Of a DNA stretch of 64,000 nucleotides, positions 38,601 to 50,180 are shown piece by piece. The stretch spans positions 90,892,001 through 90,956,000 of the forward strand of contig CM097886.1 in the NCBI GenBank assembly GCA_044892525.1, read 5' to 3'. A model generated the notes under the pieces. That model saw nothing but the letters and a program-made list of their open reading frames with translations, was not told the origin of the DNA and made no database searches. Each line of letters opens with the position of its first letter. Positions within the stretch are counted from its first letter, which is position 1. The DNA is from Schmidtea polychroa. Its lineage: Eukaryota. Made by a program: the position numbers and the translations under genes.

Positions 38601-39330
38601 TGTATTGGATTTGAAAAAGATCGCCATGGGTATTGCTAACGGTCTGGAATATTTGTGTGATTTCAACATAATCCATCGAGATTTGGCAACGAGAAATATT
38701 TTACTCGATGAAAATAAAGTGCCGAAAATCTGTGATTTCGGTTTGGCCATTGAATTAGAAACCGATAACTTTATGTCAATGACATATCAAATCATTACTT
38801 ACAACAAGGCTTTGCCTTTTAAAATATTGGCTCCAGAGGTCCTGGAATCCAAATCGTTCTGTTTGAAATCCGACATTTGGAGCTTCGGGTTATTATTGTG
38901 GCAAATGTTTAACTTAGAACAAGAAACTCTATTTCCTGATTTTGAAAATCCAATTGACTTATTAAAGTATATCCGAAGTCGATTATTTGACAACGAATTG
39001 AGAGATCTTTTATCCACTCCCAGATGTGCAGATTCGTCAATTTGGGATATTATCAAAATGTGTTGGGCTTTCCACCCAGTAAATAGACCCTCGGCGTCGT
39101 TATTGAAAACCAAGTTAATAGAAATCATTAGCAAAAGTCCAATTGAAAAGATAGATGTTAATAGTTTCTATCATTCTAACATCCAAGGTACTACAAGTCG
39201 CGATTCAATAGGAAGCAGTAAATATCTATCATCAAGAACAAGCATTGTTACTCTCAATTCCCCCCCTGTCATACCAAACACAAAACTATTACATCAGAAT
39301 CCATATTTCTTTGACGAGTCACCCATGTAA
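35626..39330 (+). CDS. Receptor tyrosine kinase with Ig-like ectodomain (FGFR/PVR/RET-like superclass), intronless
   Basis: Signal peptide. Ig motifs DFSGTYIC and NDSGEY. TM YTISVACIILIIILILLI. Kinase motifs GKGNYG, VAIK, short kinase insert, HRDLATRN, DFGLA and SDIWSFG. Confidence 0.95.
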   Translation: MNFLLLFILILHLDCHLSDIIDKEIIVDFNETNIEIDLNKPSGKLLFVCMTNCKLVISKGNYFQPKISVKENNFTVTIDQEKLEFNAELSFCMNDTLTSSFVDYVDLPSCCPCCSWYFQVKCERFSRKIHQCSKIIIYFDTIISYLQFIVVYDKVNHLLPCKMPRSGMKEGLKIYNEEKDETYFNSDGYLLENSHYYPSGGLCFNTSVFEEDITVRCNYYNKSKDVMLSIKKINFISMEITSSMFFIHDFENTTNRHLFRNNTNLKLLNNNLVKIGCSGKVAGETYFSMICMKFNKLDQVLVEDYDCEKTSKFVKNLIIITKNLKSLTRFICSIDNPSRTDLKTIGFTVEIVNEESLEIANVQELDKKTFKVFEHQPFRLNVSYNSVPTNANNQCKLIDMKKNQSSLCEIHYVGFCTCQVDFEVLYVNKIKSQYSIIISNEKFQKSVTIYLQPIYINIPNVSGLTSKAENYKTLTCEVQSSTLSNVLWLLVFNGYNKYYLNQSKIEIDIPLNDSIESICAKCEITNELGPMTSKMICKNITDIDFSDDESFLQIFLINATIWNSKLNATEKFEYLSFKQKTISVLNDRPIEILCAGKIRNRPMKIRFNNSILNQTISETKYTIRSSIKLRIESNKTKDFSGTYICEQKDLIGNLVLKSFLTIKILEGIIPQIYQHKSEWNYIPGQNIHLLFQIISFPPAKVEYFQLLTNDKKELSLRNRSDIKSYKFINFTHSTFSIKFINIGQNDSGEYVLKFSNIIGTNSTKFSLLIISKGSSAIYYTISVACIILIIILILLIRFCQRSGYAVPIIQIQNSMYKSFECDSIQLLTHLWPDPIDRKRWTISPIRVKINTEIGKGNYGRIFKGILTDLNSTSQQSVAIKQPILSKQTNKGKQIHFCQISLDCFMNEIKILSKLTECPNIIKMIGCAAFENGVENYDTTKEATTLLILEYYTNRSLNEFLLAHSVECSPYMKSRTFPQQTGFNGIKLEKELTVLDLKKIAMGIANGLEYLCDFNIIHRDLATRNILLDENKVPKICDFGLAIELETDNFMSMTYQIITYNKALPFKILAPEVLESKSFCLKSDIWSFGLLLWQMFNLEQETLFPDFENPIDLLKYIRSRLFDNELRDLLSTPRCADSSIWDIIKMCWAFHPVNRPSASLLKTKLIEIISKSPIEKIDVNSFYHSNIQGTTSRDSIGSSKYLSSRTSIVTLNSPPVIPNTKLLHQNPYFFDESPM

Positions 39331-40376
39331 AAAAAAACAATTTAAAATATATGAAATGTATTATTTGTTTTAATGAATATTTTTGTATGTTATTTCAGAT
39401 TTTGTTAAATAAAATTCAATTTTGTAAAGTTTTATTTATTTATTTAGCTTAATAGGGAATATAAAGTTCTTTGTACGTATTTACACGGATATCTGAATGA
39501 TATATATGACTTGCTGTGATCACGCTCCATGTGCAAAATTTACCGTGGAATTTATGATAACCTTGAAAAGTCGATTAATATAAAATGATGATGAAAATCT
39601 GAATTATTTGTCGGATTTATTTATTTTATCACCAAATCATCATCATGTCAAAAATAAAGCATTTCGCTATTAATTGGCTTGTTTTAATAATAAAAATCAT
39701 ATCCGGTCTTTTAGCATTACACAGATTGTGGATCTGCTTCGGTAAAAGCTGACAATTAATATGAAAGCAATTCATTTTTGACACAAATAAATAAATAGTT
39801 AATTATAGACAAACATATTATAATTGTAAACAAATTTCTTTTTTTATCATTAGTAGTTTTGGATTAATAATAATAATAATAATAAAAATAATAATAATAA
39901 TAATTAAAAGATAATAATTTAAAATAAAATAGAAAAGTAGATCAAATATAATTTTTAAAGATTATCAGGATTTAAAAATCAAAATAGAAACATTTATTTA
40001 AATATATTTAAATTGCGTATATAAATAATTATTGGAAACTATATTTTATAAATATTAAGATATTATTTATTAAAATAGTTTCTATGAGCTAATTATAGAA
40101 GCTAAAAAATTTAAAAAATTTTTCTTAATGAGTCGTTTTGAATTTTAAAGGATATTTAATTTTAAAAAAATTTTTAATTTTAAATTCTTCAGAAAAAAAA
40201 ATTATTATTATTATTATTTATTATTAGAAGAAACTAAACTCCATGAAATTGACAAGGGCTATCTTATAGTCAAATTTTTTCATTTGTATTATAATATTTG
40301 TATTATAATACAAATATATTAAATATATTATTCGCAGCTAGAGGCTTAAATTATCATTTAATTGTTTAAAATAATG

Positions 40377-40448
<72 letters not shown>

Positions 40449-40539
40449 TAAATTCGAGTAAAATTCAAAAGTTAAACTAAAACATTTCCCCTGAAATCAA
40501 TAGTTTTAATAAAAATGAAAGAAATTGCAAAAAAAATTG

Positions 40540-40912
40540 CGAAAAATTGCAAAAGTAAAATTGGGATGTAACATTTTTTTAATGTTACCAAAAATTAAAA
40601 AAATATAAATAAAAAATATTTTCAAATGTATGCACGAAAAAAATGACACCCTAGCTAGCATTCTTCAACATAACTGGTTAGACTGGTCCATTGGCGTGCC
40701 TTCGTAGGTGTGTATTTTGTAAAATGTGAGTCCTCAAAATGGGTTCTTGTCATTTTTCCACTTAGCAACAGAATTTTAAGAGTATTACTACCTATTATAA
40801 TAATCTTAACATGAACATTATAATTATTATATTAGGCTGTTTTGAATTCGTGAGTTTGGGGCGCCAGATATATTAACCACCAAGGACGCAATAATGCCTT
40901 GTTACGGCCCTG
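40540..40912. mobile_element. hAT MITE fragment (one terminus)
   Basis: Ends CCTTGTTACGGCCCTG. Its interior is the reverse complement of ~43740-43950. Confidence 0.65.
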
Positions 40913-41415
40913 GTTGAAACTCACGGTGGGTAGCCGTTTTTTTCTTAGAAAATATAACAAAGTCATTCACTCATTCTAGACTAATTTTTTGCAAGTTTCA
41001 ATAATCTTAAAAGTCCAATATTTCTCATTGCGGCTCTCTAAAAAACCACAGATCTTTTAGTGAACCTTTTTTAGTGAACATTTACAAAATATAAAAATAA
41101 ATTATCAAAAATATTGAAACTTTATAAGATGCCAAAGACGCACTAAAACATATTTGTAATTATTTTTTTATTATAAGTGTACGTATAATCTCAATAATTC
41201 TTTGCAAATCACCACTGGTCCGAGGATTGGCGATTGGGAAACATTGCCGCCATAATAGTCAAATTCCCATTTTAAATATGCGACTAAATTTTCCCAAATC
41301 TTTACAGAAAATTTTGACCAGGCTTACATACTTATTTAATTAAAGTCTAAATATTGTTTTTAAAAGGGTTAATATTAAAATTTTAATTATACATTATTTA
41401 TTCAATTGCTTAGAT

Positions 41416-41925
41416 CAGTGTTTCCCAAAGTGGGTCGCGTGGGGAAAATTTTCAAAAAAAATTAATATAATTATATTTTCACATATTTATTAAAACTAAA
41501 AATAAAATTAAATAATTTCTTAATCATAATTTTGTAGTGATTAATATTTCGAAAAAATCAAAGACAATTTTAATTTTCAAATACAACCGANNNNNNNNNN
41601 NNNNNNNNNNNNNNNNNNNNNNNNNNNNNNNNNNNNNNNNNNNNNNNNNNNNNNNNNNNNNNNNNNNNNNNNNNNNNNNNNNNNNNNNNNNNNNNNNNNN
41701 NNNNNNNNNNNNNNNNNNNNNNNNNNNNNNNNNNNNNNNNNNNNNNNNNNNNNNNNNNNNNNNNNNTCTCTTTATATTTTCAAAAGTGAGATAAAATAAA
41801 ACAAAACTGTTTTAAAAATGTGCAATTGCAAAACAAACATACAATATTAAAAACTAAGATTTATTTAATATTTGGGGTAATGAAAAAGATTTTTGAGGCA
41901 CAAAAAAATAGTTTGGGAAACACTG
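41416..41925. mobile_element. hAT (Charlie/SPIN-like) MITE spanning an assembly gap
   Basis: TIR CAGTGTTTCCCAAA. Perfect 8-bp TSD GCTTAGAT. N-gap at 41591-41765. Confidence 0.85.
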
Positions 41926-42499
41926 GCTTAGATTAATAAAATCAAATTTTGTTTTAATAAGTTTCAGAATAAATTACAAAATAACAAATAAATTTCATTT
42001 ATTTTTTATTGAAAATAAATTTTTTTTTCTCTAAAAAAGATAGAATGATTTCGACTTCTTTTTTAATAAATATCCTAAAATTGGTTATTAAATAAATTTT
42101 ATTCAAAATAAAACAACTTGTTTTAATAAATTGAAATAGTGGACTAAAATTGACAAAGTATAATTATAAACATAAATACACACAGAATAAATTCGACTTT
42201 TTTTTCCCAAAAAAAAGAATTCATTCAACAAATAATAAATTAATCTATCGGTTTAACGGAATACGGAAACTTGGAAGCCGGAGGAAAATTCTGTTTCGAA
42301 TTGAATATCGAACCAACGCAACAAATACGGGCTCTGGTTGAAATGTTCCAACAAAAATGAATATTTTATTCTCTGTATTATTAAAAAAAATCTACTTTAA
42401 CTTACAATAATGAAGACCCCCCTCCCAAAAGTTTACAGTTCAATAATTATCAATAAGATTTGATAAGTCGAAATTAATTAATTCCGACAGGCAACTCCA

Positions 42500-43030
42500 T
42501 TATTGGAAATTCGAGTTTTTCCGACATTCAGGAAAATTGTCATCTTTCGATTTGGTTTTATTTCTTGTTTTATCAGTCAGAATTTTGCATAACCTTTTTG
42601 TCGATGACAATTTCGACGGCCGATTGAATTTGTTTTTCTGGCCGATATTTTTTAAATAACTACACAACATAGATTTACTCTTTCGAATTGTGTCAGAATT
42701 TCGGAAAATATTCAAACCGGTTTGGGGTTTTGTTTTATCGAATGGTTCCATTGTCGATAATAATTTATTAGTTGGATCAAAAGGATCTCTTGGCAGCTTA
42801 GACTGCAAGTTATGTCCATAAAAACTTTCTAGGTTAAATGATTTGTTTTTATGCCTTCTATGAGGTAGTAGGTGGATTATGTTGTTCAGGCCACGAAACG
42901 TCATTTCGGGAAGTCTAAACATCACATTTTTCAGGTGAGGTTTTTGTTGAATTTGATACCATTTTGTAATATTAGAATCTGGGGTAAATTGTTTTATTTG
43001 GAATTTCTCGGGTTGTTGAATGTATCTATA
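42500..43030 (-). CDS. Probable terminal exon of a host gene, unknown function
   Basis: ~175 open codons in AT-rich DNA, preceded by a T-rich tract and TAG acceptor. No recognisable domain. Confidence 0.45.
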   Translation of the reverse strand, partial: YRYIQQPEKFQIKQFTPDSNITKWYQIQQKPHLKNVMFRLPEMTFRGLNNIIHLLPHRRHKNKSFNLESFYGHNLQSKLPRDPFDPTNKLLSTMEPFDKTKPQTGLNIFRNSDTIRKSKSMLCSYLKNIGQKNKFNRPSKLSSTKRLCKILTDKTRNKTKSKDDNFPECRKNSNFQ

Positions 43031-43739
43031 TAATAAAAACAAAATTTAAATCGAGCACTAAACGACAAAAGATTAAGAAAATTGAAAGATTTCAGTTAAG
43101 GCAATCGCGACTACATGCATTTAATAACATTGAAAATCCTACAGATTTTATAAGAAAAAAAGTGCCTAATAGTTTTTATAACATTTAAATTCTCTTATTC
43201 CATAATAACTAAAGCAAATGTAAAATATTTTTAAATCGAAATTCAAAAATAATTTAATTGAATTGCTAATTAATGGTTATTTAAACAAACATTCTAATTT
43301 GAGAATTTTTATTCGATGGCAATAATTTCAAACATAGAAAACAAATTTCAATATTCCTAAATTGTTATTTTGAAAATAATATTTTTCCGTTGTCTTTTCA
43401 TTATCACTTTAAAATCTCTTTATTTGTAAAGTTATTAAATTTTACCAAGTATTAAATATTAAAATTCTCAATTCCCACGGTCCTTACATATAATTTTTAT
43501 TGAAATTATGAACATCACATAATTATTGTCATTTTATTTTTAATGAGAACTCTGGGGTATTTCGACTTCGTTTACTAAAGGACCTATATCAAGTTCAATG
43601 TTTGTAGTTGATAATCGCCGTCATGGACACCCGGACTTTGATTTAAAGAATGTCATTGTTGAAAAGTGATTCCATGAAGATATAAGATCCCAAACTAAAT
43701 AAACTCGTTTAGAGTCCAAATTCCATCAATTTTATATTC

Positions 43740-44018
43740 TGTTCCTAATTGAAAAAATGACAAGAATCCATTTTGTGGGCTAACATTTTACAAAATACAC
43801 ACCTATAAATGCATGCAAATGGACCAGTCCAACCAATAATGTTAAAGATAGGCTAGCTAGGGTGTCGTTTTTTTTGAGCATGCAAATGATAATTTTTTTT
43901 ATTTGTTTTTTTATTTTTTGGTAACATTAAAAAAATGTTACATCCAAATTTTGCACCCCTTTCAGATCTACGCCATGTGCGACTACACAGCTTGCACCTC
44001 CCTTGTTACAGCTTTACT
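43740..44018. mobile_element. hAT MITE fragment, inverted relative to 40540-40912
   Basis: ~200-250 bp of reverse-complement similarity. Ends CCCTTGTTACAGCTTTACTG, a degenerate terminus. Confidence 0.6.
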
Positions 44019-45064
44019 GATTTATAAGCAATGTATTATTAAACCCAATGTCAAATTCACTTGAAAAGGCAGTGCCGAAAATTTTTGAATATAAAAAACA
44101 TCGATATAGTCTTTATATCAATATCTTTATTGATTTATAGTCTTTAAGCTCTTTTTAATAAATTATTTCGTAAGATTTATCTTCAATTTTTAATAAATTT
44201 AACATTAGTTTTTTTTAATAAAACATTAATCACTAATAAAATTAATCACTAATTAATGCATTTGAAAATGTTGAAATAAATGTTATATCGAAATAATTCC
44301 AAATAACTTCATAAAATTTCATAAAAATCTTTAAAAACCTTGAAATTTAATTATAAATAATTTATAATCAAAAATGTTGATAAAAAGTAATAGTTAAGAG
44401 CTTGAATAATGATCTCATATCTATATGGATCAAAATTCAAGTCTTAAAATTACTTTAAATAAAAAAAATGGCTAAAATAGTTAAATTTAAATTTACACAC
44501 CAACCTATATTATAGATGCGTTTCTTCACTAAAAATGGGTGTATCACATTCGATAATGCAAAATGAAGGGGTCTTCGGGGGAAAGGAATCAACTTCAAAA
44601 GGAATCAATACTTCATTACGTAGCAAAAATACATGTTTATAAAACATATTTAAAAATATTTAAATAAGTAAAAGTAAGACATAATATCAGAATCAATATC
44701 AATGTGACAATGATATAACAGATTTCATAATAATAATATAATAACGGATGGCTATTAAGAGTGCTCTAATAAATGTTTTTCGTGTTCTAATATTACCTGT
44801 GCTCCTAAATAAATAAAAGTGAGCTATAAAATATATTAAAAAATTAATTTAGGATTATGATTAATAATTTTAAGATTCCATTTAATTTATTTAAGCTTTC
44901 TATTATCTATTTTAGTATCTCATCTAATTAAAATTATAGCTCATTTTAAACAACAGCCGTATTAAAATAATTATGTGATTTTTTAAATCCTTTTAAAGAA
45001 CAACCTAGAATTTTTAGTTTCCAAAATAAATATATTTTAAAGCACAACTAATATTACCCCAATA

Positions 45065-48000
45065 CAGGGGCGCTCCAAGCGGGCGTGCAACGCGTGCGTG
45101 GCACGCAGGCGGCCGTTTGAAAGGCGGCAAATTAAAAAAATGCATTTGCAAAAACAACAATTTCATTTTGTAAAATTCATTTTTTCATTTTGTAAAATAA
45201 AAAAAAAGTTTCGACTATTTTGTTATTGAACGCACACAGTTTGTGTAGTATCATTGAACGCACTCCATTAATTTTTATATATCTGTCTTGGCTTGTCATT
45301 GACAAATACTATTACACTAAATAACTTTGACAAGTTGTCAAAGTCATTTAGTGTTTTAATTTTGGATTCAAAACAACATTAATATTTCCAGTTTTTAAAT
45401 TTATAAAAATCAATAAGATTTTTATTTTAAAAAAAAATAGAGATATATAATATTAAATTAGAAAGCAGGATTGTATTATAGAATTTGGTAAGTATAATGC
45501 AACTTTTTCTATATTTTTTGTTAAACATAAGTGTTATGATGTATGTTAGATATTTATTATTTGTATTATTTGCACCATTAAATATGACCGGAAGAAAAAC
45601 AAAACGTTTATCTGGCGCACAATACAAAAAGCAGCGTTTAAATAAACTGAAATCAATGCAGAGTTTGAAGAATTCGCTTTCAAAATATTTTGAAAATACA
45701 CCAACAGCGTCGTCAAGCACACCTATAGAAATAGAAAATAATGTTACCATATCTGTTGACGATAATAAAAGTTCTAGCGATAGCGATGAGAATGAATATG
45801 AAATTTTTACAGAAATTCGGTCTGAAAATTCATCTGTTGGAAATTCATCTGACGAAAATCGTGAAGCAAATATAATATTGGACGATCCAGGTATGTGGGC
45901 AAATAATATATCAAGTATTACCGCACGTAACCTTGTTGAAAGAGGACCGATTCAAATAAAAAATTTCGAATTTCCATTGTCAAGTGGGCGTAAATTTTCA
46001 AAAAAGTATTATTTAAGACAATTGCCGAACGGAGAAGAAACACAACGCGAATGGCTTGTGTATTCAATTACTAAAAATTCTGTGTATTGTTTTTGCTGTA
46101 GGATATTTGATTTCAGTGATAAAAGCAGTCTATCCGATTCATCTGGTTTTTCTGATTGGCAACATTTATCGTTAACTTTGTCTCGACATGAAAAAAGTCA
46201 GTTTCATAATAAAAATATAAAAAAATGGATATTGTTAAATAAATCATTAAAAAATAATACTACAGTTGATAGTGCGAACCAAAGACTATTACAAGCCGAA
46301 CAAAAGTATTGGTATGAAGTAATTCAACGAATAATATCTATTATTCAATATCTTTCTAGGCAATGCCTTGCCATAAGGGGAAAGTCAAATCAATTATATG
46401 CAAATAACAATGGAAACTTTTTGAAAGCAGTAGAAATGGTTGCCAGATTTGACCCTATTATGCAAGAGCATGTACAACGGATTGAAAAGTCTCGAAACAA
46501 TTTGAAATATATGCCTCATTATTTGGGGGATAAAATACAAAACGAAATTATCAATATTATTAGCACAAGTATTAAAAACGCTATATTAGATTTAATTAGA
46601 AAAGCAAAATATTTTTCAATTATATTAGATTGCACACTAGATGTTAGTCATACTGAGCAATTAACTATTGTAATAAGAATTGTGAATTTGGAATCAAAAA
46701 AAATTGAAATACGTGAACATTTTTTGTGTTTCTATCAAATAACAAATACTACCGGCGAGGGGTTAACCGAATTTGTTTCAAAAGAACTTTCAAATCTAAA
46801 TTTAAATATTCATAATATGCGTGGACAGGGATATGACAATGGTGCCAATATTCGAGGAAAGCATAATGGCTTACAAAAAAGAATTTTAAATATCAACCCG
46901 CGAGCACTTTTTGTACCATGTTCTGCTCATAGCTTAAATTTAGTTGTTAATGATGCGGCACATATTTCACATGAAACAGTAACATTTTTTGATTTAGTAC
47001 AAGAAATATATGTAGATTTTTCGGCGTCAACTAAAAGATGGGCGATAATAGTAAAATATTTACCGAATTTAAAATTAAAACCCCTGAGCGATACAAGGTG
47101 GTCAAGTAGAATTGATGCCATACAACCACTAAGGTATCATACTGAACAAATTTATAAATCTCTTCTTGAAATATCAAATGATCAATTGATTGACTTTAAA
47201 ACCAGACATGTGGCAAATTCTCTTTCACTAAAAATATCAAGTTATCGTTATTTATGTTCCATTGTTATTTGGCATGAAATTTTGATGAAAATTAATGTTG
47301 TTAGTCAAATATTACAGAACCCAAACACCGATATCAATAGAAGCGTTACCGCGTTAGATGATTTAATAGAGTTTTTTAAAAATTGTCGTAATGATAATGG
47401 ATTTGAAAAAATGCTTACATCAGCTAGTGAATTAGCCGAAAAATTACACGTAGAACCTAAATTTCCAGAAGTTTCAAGTTTAAGAATAAGAAGAAAAACA
47501 ACAAATTTTGATTATGAAGGCAAGGATGAACCAATATTAGATCCAAAAACAAATTTTAAAATTAACTTTTATTTCTGCATTATCGACCAAGCATTAGTAT
47601 CAATTACAACAAGATTCGAAGCGTTAAAATTGTATAATGATATATTTGGATTTATGTATAATATTAAAGATATAACAGAAGAAATACTTTTGAAAAGCTG
47701 CAAAGATTTACATTTGAAATTAACTGACGAACAAAGAAATGAGTCCGATATTAATGGAATTGATTTATTCGAAGAGATAAAAACTATAAAGGTATTTTTA
47801 AAAGAAGAAGATATTAAACCTCAATCTATATTATTATATATTTTACAAAATGATCTTCAGGCAACATTCCCAAATATATTTATTGTGACCAGAATTCTAT
47901 TAACATTACCAATCTCAGTTGCAACAGGTGAAAGATCGTTTTCAAAATTGAAGATAATTAAAAATTATTTACGATCAACTATGCTCCAGGAACGTTTAAG

Positions 48001-48375
48001 TAATATATCAATAATTTCAATAGAACATGAAATCCTAGATAATTTAGATATGCATGACTTAATTTCACAATTTGCTTTGAACAAGGCAAGAAAAGTCTCT
48101 TTTGTATGAGTAGTAAACTATTAATTTCATAAACTTTCTATTGTTTGTGTGTACTAAACTATAACTTTCCTAAACTTATCTGTTTTGTGATTAATAAACT
48201 ATAATTTTCATAAACTATTGCATGTGATATGTGTGTTCTTCCGTAGTTAGTTTAATTTTTACTTTAATTAAATGTTATTTTTATTTTGGATTATAGAAAC
48301 TTTTTTGCAGCAAGGATGAAGAGCGGCGGGAAATTATTTTGAACTCAAGCGGCCTAACAGCTCGGCGCGCCCCTG
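45065..48375 (+). mobile_element. Full-length, apparently autonomous hAT (Tip100/ZMYM1-like group)
   Basis: TIR CAGGGGCGC(T/G)CC(A/G)AG. 8-bp TSD CCCCAATA/CCCCTATA (one mismatch). Single intact transposase. Confidence 0.93.
45584..48109 (+). CDS. hAT transposase, intact (841 aa from the ATG at 45584)
   Basis: TTF-type zinc finger REWLVYS..YCFCCRIF. FSIILDCTLD, GYDNGA, CSAHSLNL, TRWSSR and TGERSFSKLK motifs. Confidence 0.93.
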   Translation: MTGRKTKRLSGAQYKKQRLNKLKSMQSLKNSLSKYFENTPTASSSTPIEIENNVTISVDDNKSSSDSDENEYEIFTEIRSENSSVGNSSDENREANIILDDPGMWANNISSITARNLVERGPIQIKNFEFPLSSGRKFSKKYYLRQLPNGEETQREWLVYSITKNSVYCFCCRIFDFSDKSSLSDSSGFSDWQHLSLTLSRHEKSQFHNKNIKKWILLNKSLKNNTTVDSANQRLLQAEQKYWYEVIQRIISIIQYLSRQCLAIRGKSNQLYANNNGNFLKAVEMVARFDPIMQEHVQRIEKSRNNLKYMPHYLGDKIQNEIINIISTSIKNAILDLIRKAKYFSIILDCTLDVSHTEQLTIVIRIVNLESKKIEIREHFLCFYQITNTTGEGLTEFVSKELSNLNLNIHNMRGQGYDNGANIRGKHNGLQKRILNINPRALFVPCSAHSLNLVVNDAAHISHETVTFFDLVQEIYVDFSASTKRWAIIVKYLPNLKLKPLSDTRWSSRIDAIQPLRYHTEQIYKSLLEISNDQLIDFKTRHVANSLSLKISSYRYLCSIVIWHEILMKINVVSQILQNPNTDINRSVTALDDLIEFFKNCRNDNGFEKMLTSASELAEKLHVEPKFPEVSSLRIRRKTTNFDYEGKDEPILDPKTNFKINFYFCIIDQALVSITTRFEALKLYNDIFGFMYNIKDITEEILLKSCKDLHLKLTDEQRNESDINGIDLFEEIKTIKVFLKEEDIKPQSILLYILQNDLQATFPNIFIVTRILLTLPISVATGERSFSKLKIIKNYLRSTMLQERLSNISIISIEHEILDNLDMHDLISQFALNKARKVSFV

Positions 48376-48824
48376 CCCCTATAATTACTATTTAATTATT
48401 ATGTCATTATGACTTCAACACTTAGAAATACATAAGAAAAATTATTTTTTGAGATAGTCATTGTGATAATATAACTAAGTTAATTTATTTACGTGATTAA
48501 GTTAATTAATTAATATTATTAATTCAATAGATAACCGTTTAATTAAAGATTGTAAGAATACATATTGTTAATTGATGATGTTTACTGAATTACTTATAAT
48601 TTATTACTACATTATTTATCCATTACTACACATTGAAAAAATATTCTCAAGAAATTTTGACTGGATAATATCACCAAAAAGAGAATTTTCGAATTAATAA
48701 AATTTAGAATATTTAGAACTTAATTATGGAAGCTATAAATACAAATTATAAAAAAAGAAAATATCAAAAGAAAACAAATCAAAGGAGACCAAAAGAATAA
48801 ATTATGTTAATTTAATTAATCATA

Positions 48825-49471
48825 CAATACACCCTATCCTATTTTTACACGGTAGATATGTTCCACGAACCACCGTGTAAAAAAGACACAGTAGTCAAAA
48901 AAATGAGATAGGTTCCACAAATAAAAACTACAAAATTTAACAATTAAAAAATCAAAATCAAGTTTTGTAGTTTAGTTGTACATATTTTATTAATCTAATA
49001 TACATATATTATATAGCTATTAAATTTTTAATACAGATTTAAAAAAAAATCCAGTCTTAGAAAAAAATTTAAAAAATCACATTTGTATACACGAAAATAA
49101 AAATGGTATTTAATGATAATTATTTTCATTCGGAATCGGTTTCAGGTAGTAGCCGTATTCTCTTTTTCTGCGTTGGCTTAAAATCTGTTAGTGCTAAGAG
49201 ATGTATTCAACTCGTAAATAATTCACCTCAAATTAAAAAACTATAAAAGTAAATAAAAAATGAAAACTTATTATTTTTGTTAACATACCATGGCTGACCT
49301 ATGTACATTTTAACTAAATCACAAAATATTTCATAAAGATTTTTGTGAATCTTTTTTTAAAAGAAAAATTTTTGTCCTTGTAAAAAAATCAAATCATGTA
49401 AAAACAGGATTGTTTATATTTCTTCAACCGTGTTATTTCAAAATCGTGTAAAAACAGGATTGGGTGTATTT
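48825..49471. mobile_element. Tc1/mariner-pogo type MITE
   Basis: ~27-bp imperfect TIR AATACACCC(T/A)ATCCT(A/G)TTTTTACACG, with TA at the left junction. Confidence 0.7.
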
Positions 49472-49763
49472 ACAAATGATTGATTTAATAAATTAAAATA
49501 ACACTTGAAAAAAATTGCCGGAAATTTATGTTAATTATGAACAAATTGATTTATAGTCAAAAAAGGTCAATGAAATTTTAAGGGAACAAAAAAGCAAATA
49601 AAAGGTAAGCAGGAAAATAAATAATTTTGTTTTAATTTAATTTCAAATTCTGAAAAAATTTTCCATTGAATCTAAAAATATTAATTCTTAAATTTTTAAA
49701 AGTTTTCTTTTATCTTTCTTTCAGATTATATGTTTTTAGATCGAAAGTAACATTGATCCATAG

Positions 49764-50091
49764 CAGGCGTGCTCAACTTAAATAAGACTAGGAGCTACTT
49801 TTAACTTCTTAACGAATAACGATTGACTTTACCTTTTGAGATTACGTTTATAATACAGTTTCTTCATTTCATGAAAAGTCTAATGTAATAAAATGACATT
49901 TTCAACTTTTAAAAGATAATATTTATTTTAAATTTTATATAAACTATTTTTTTTAAATTTAAATTGATTGTTTTTAGTAACTTTTATAAAACTTTAATGG
50001 GAGGAATACTTTTTTTATTAATAAGTAATATCGAATCAAATTCCTCTTGCGATCGACCAGTCGATCTCCATTAACTGGTTGATCACTCCTG
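49764..50091. mobile_element. hAT MITE
   Basis: TIR CAGG(C/A)GTG(C/A)TCAAC. 8-bp TSD ATCCATAG/ATCTATAG. Confidence 0.78.
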
Positions 50092-50180
50092 ATCTATAGT
50101 CTGAAAGAATAAAGATAAATGAAATTGTAAATAACAGATAAAAGAGGAAAGAGTTAGCAAATTATAATGATAAAGCTTTT

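Noticed and set aside
41537-41794. ORFs crossing N runs (also 59339-59624)
   Set aside because: Artefacts of assembly gaps.
40540-44018. Inverted ~250-bp repeats as long TIRs of an element carrying ORF 42500-43042
   Set aside because: Both surviving hAT termini lie on the right side of their copies, so they cannot bound a composite. They are two independent MITE fragments.
45485-45583. Hydrophobic N-terminal extension of the hAT transposase
   Set aside because: Starts at a non-ATG codon in AT-rich leader. MTGRKTKRLSGAQYKK at 45584 is the typical start.
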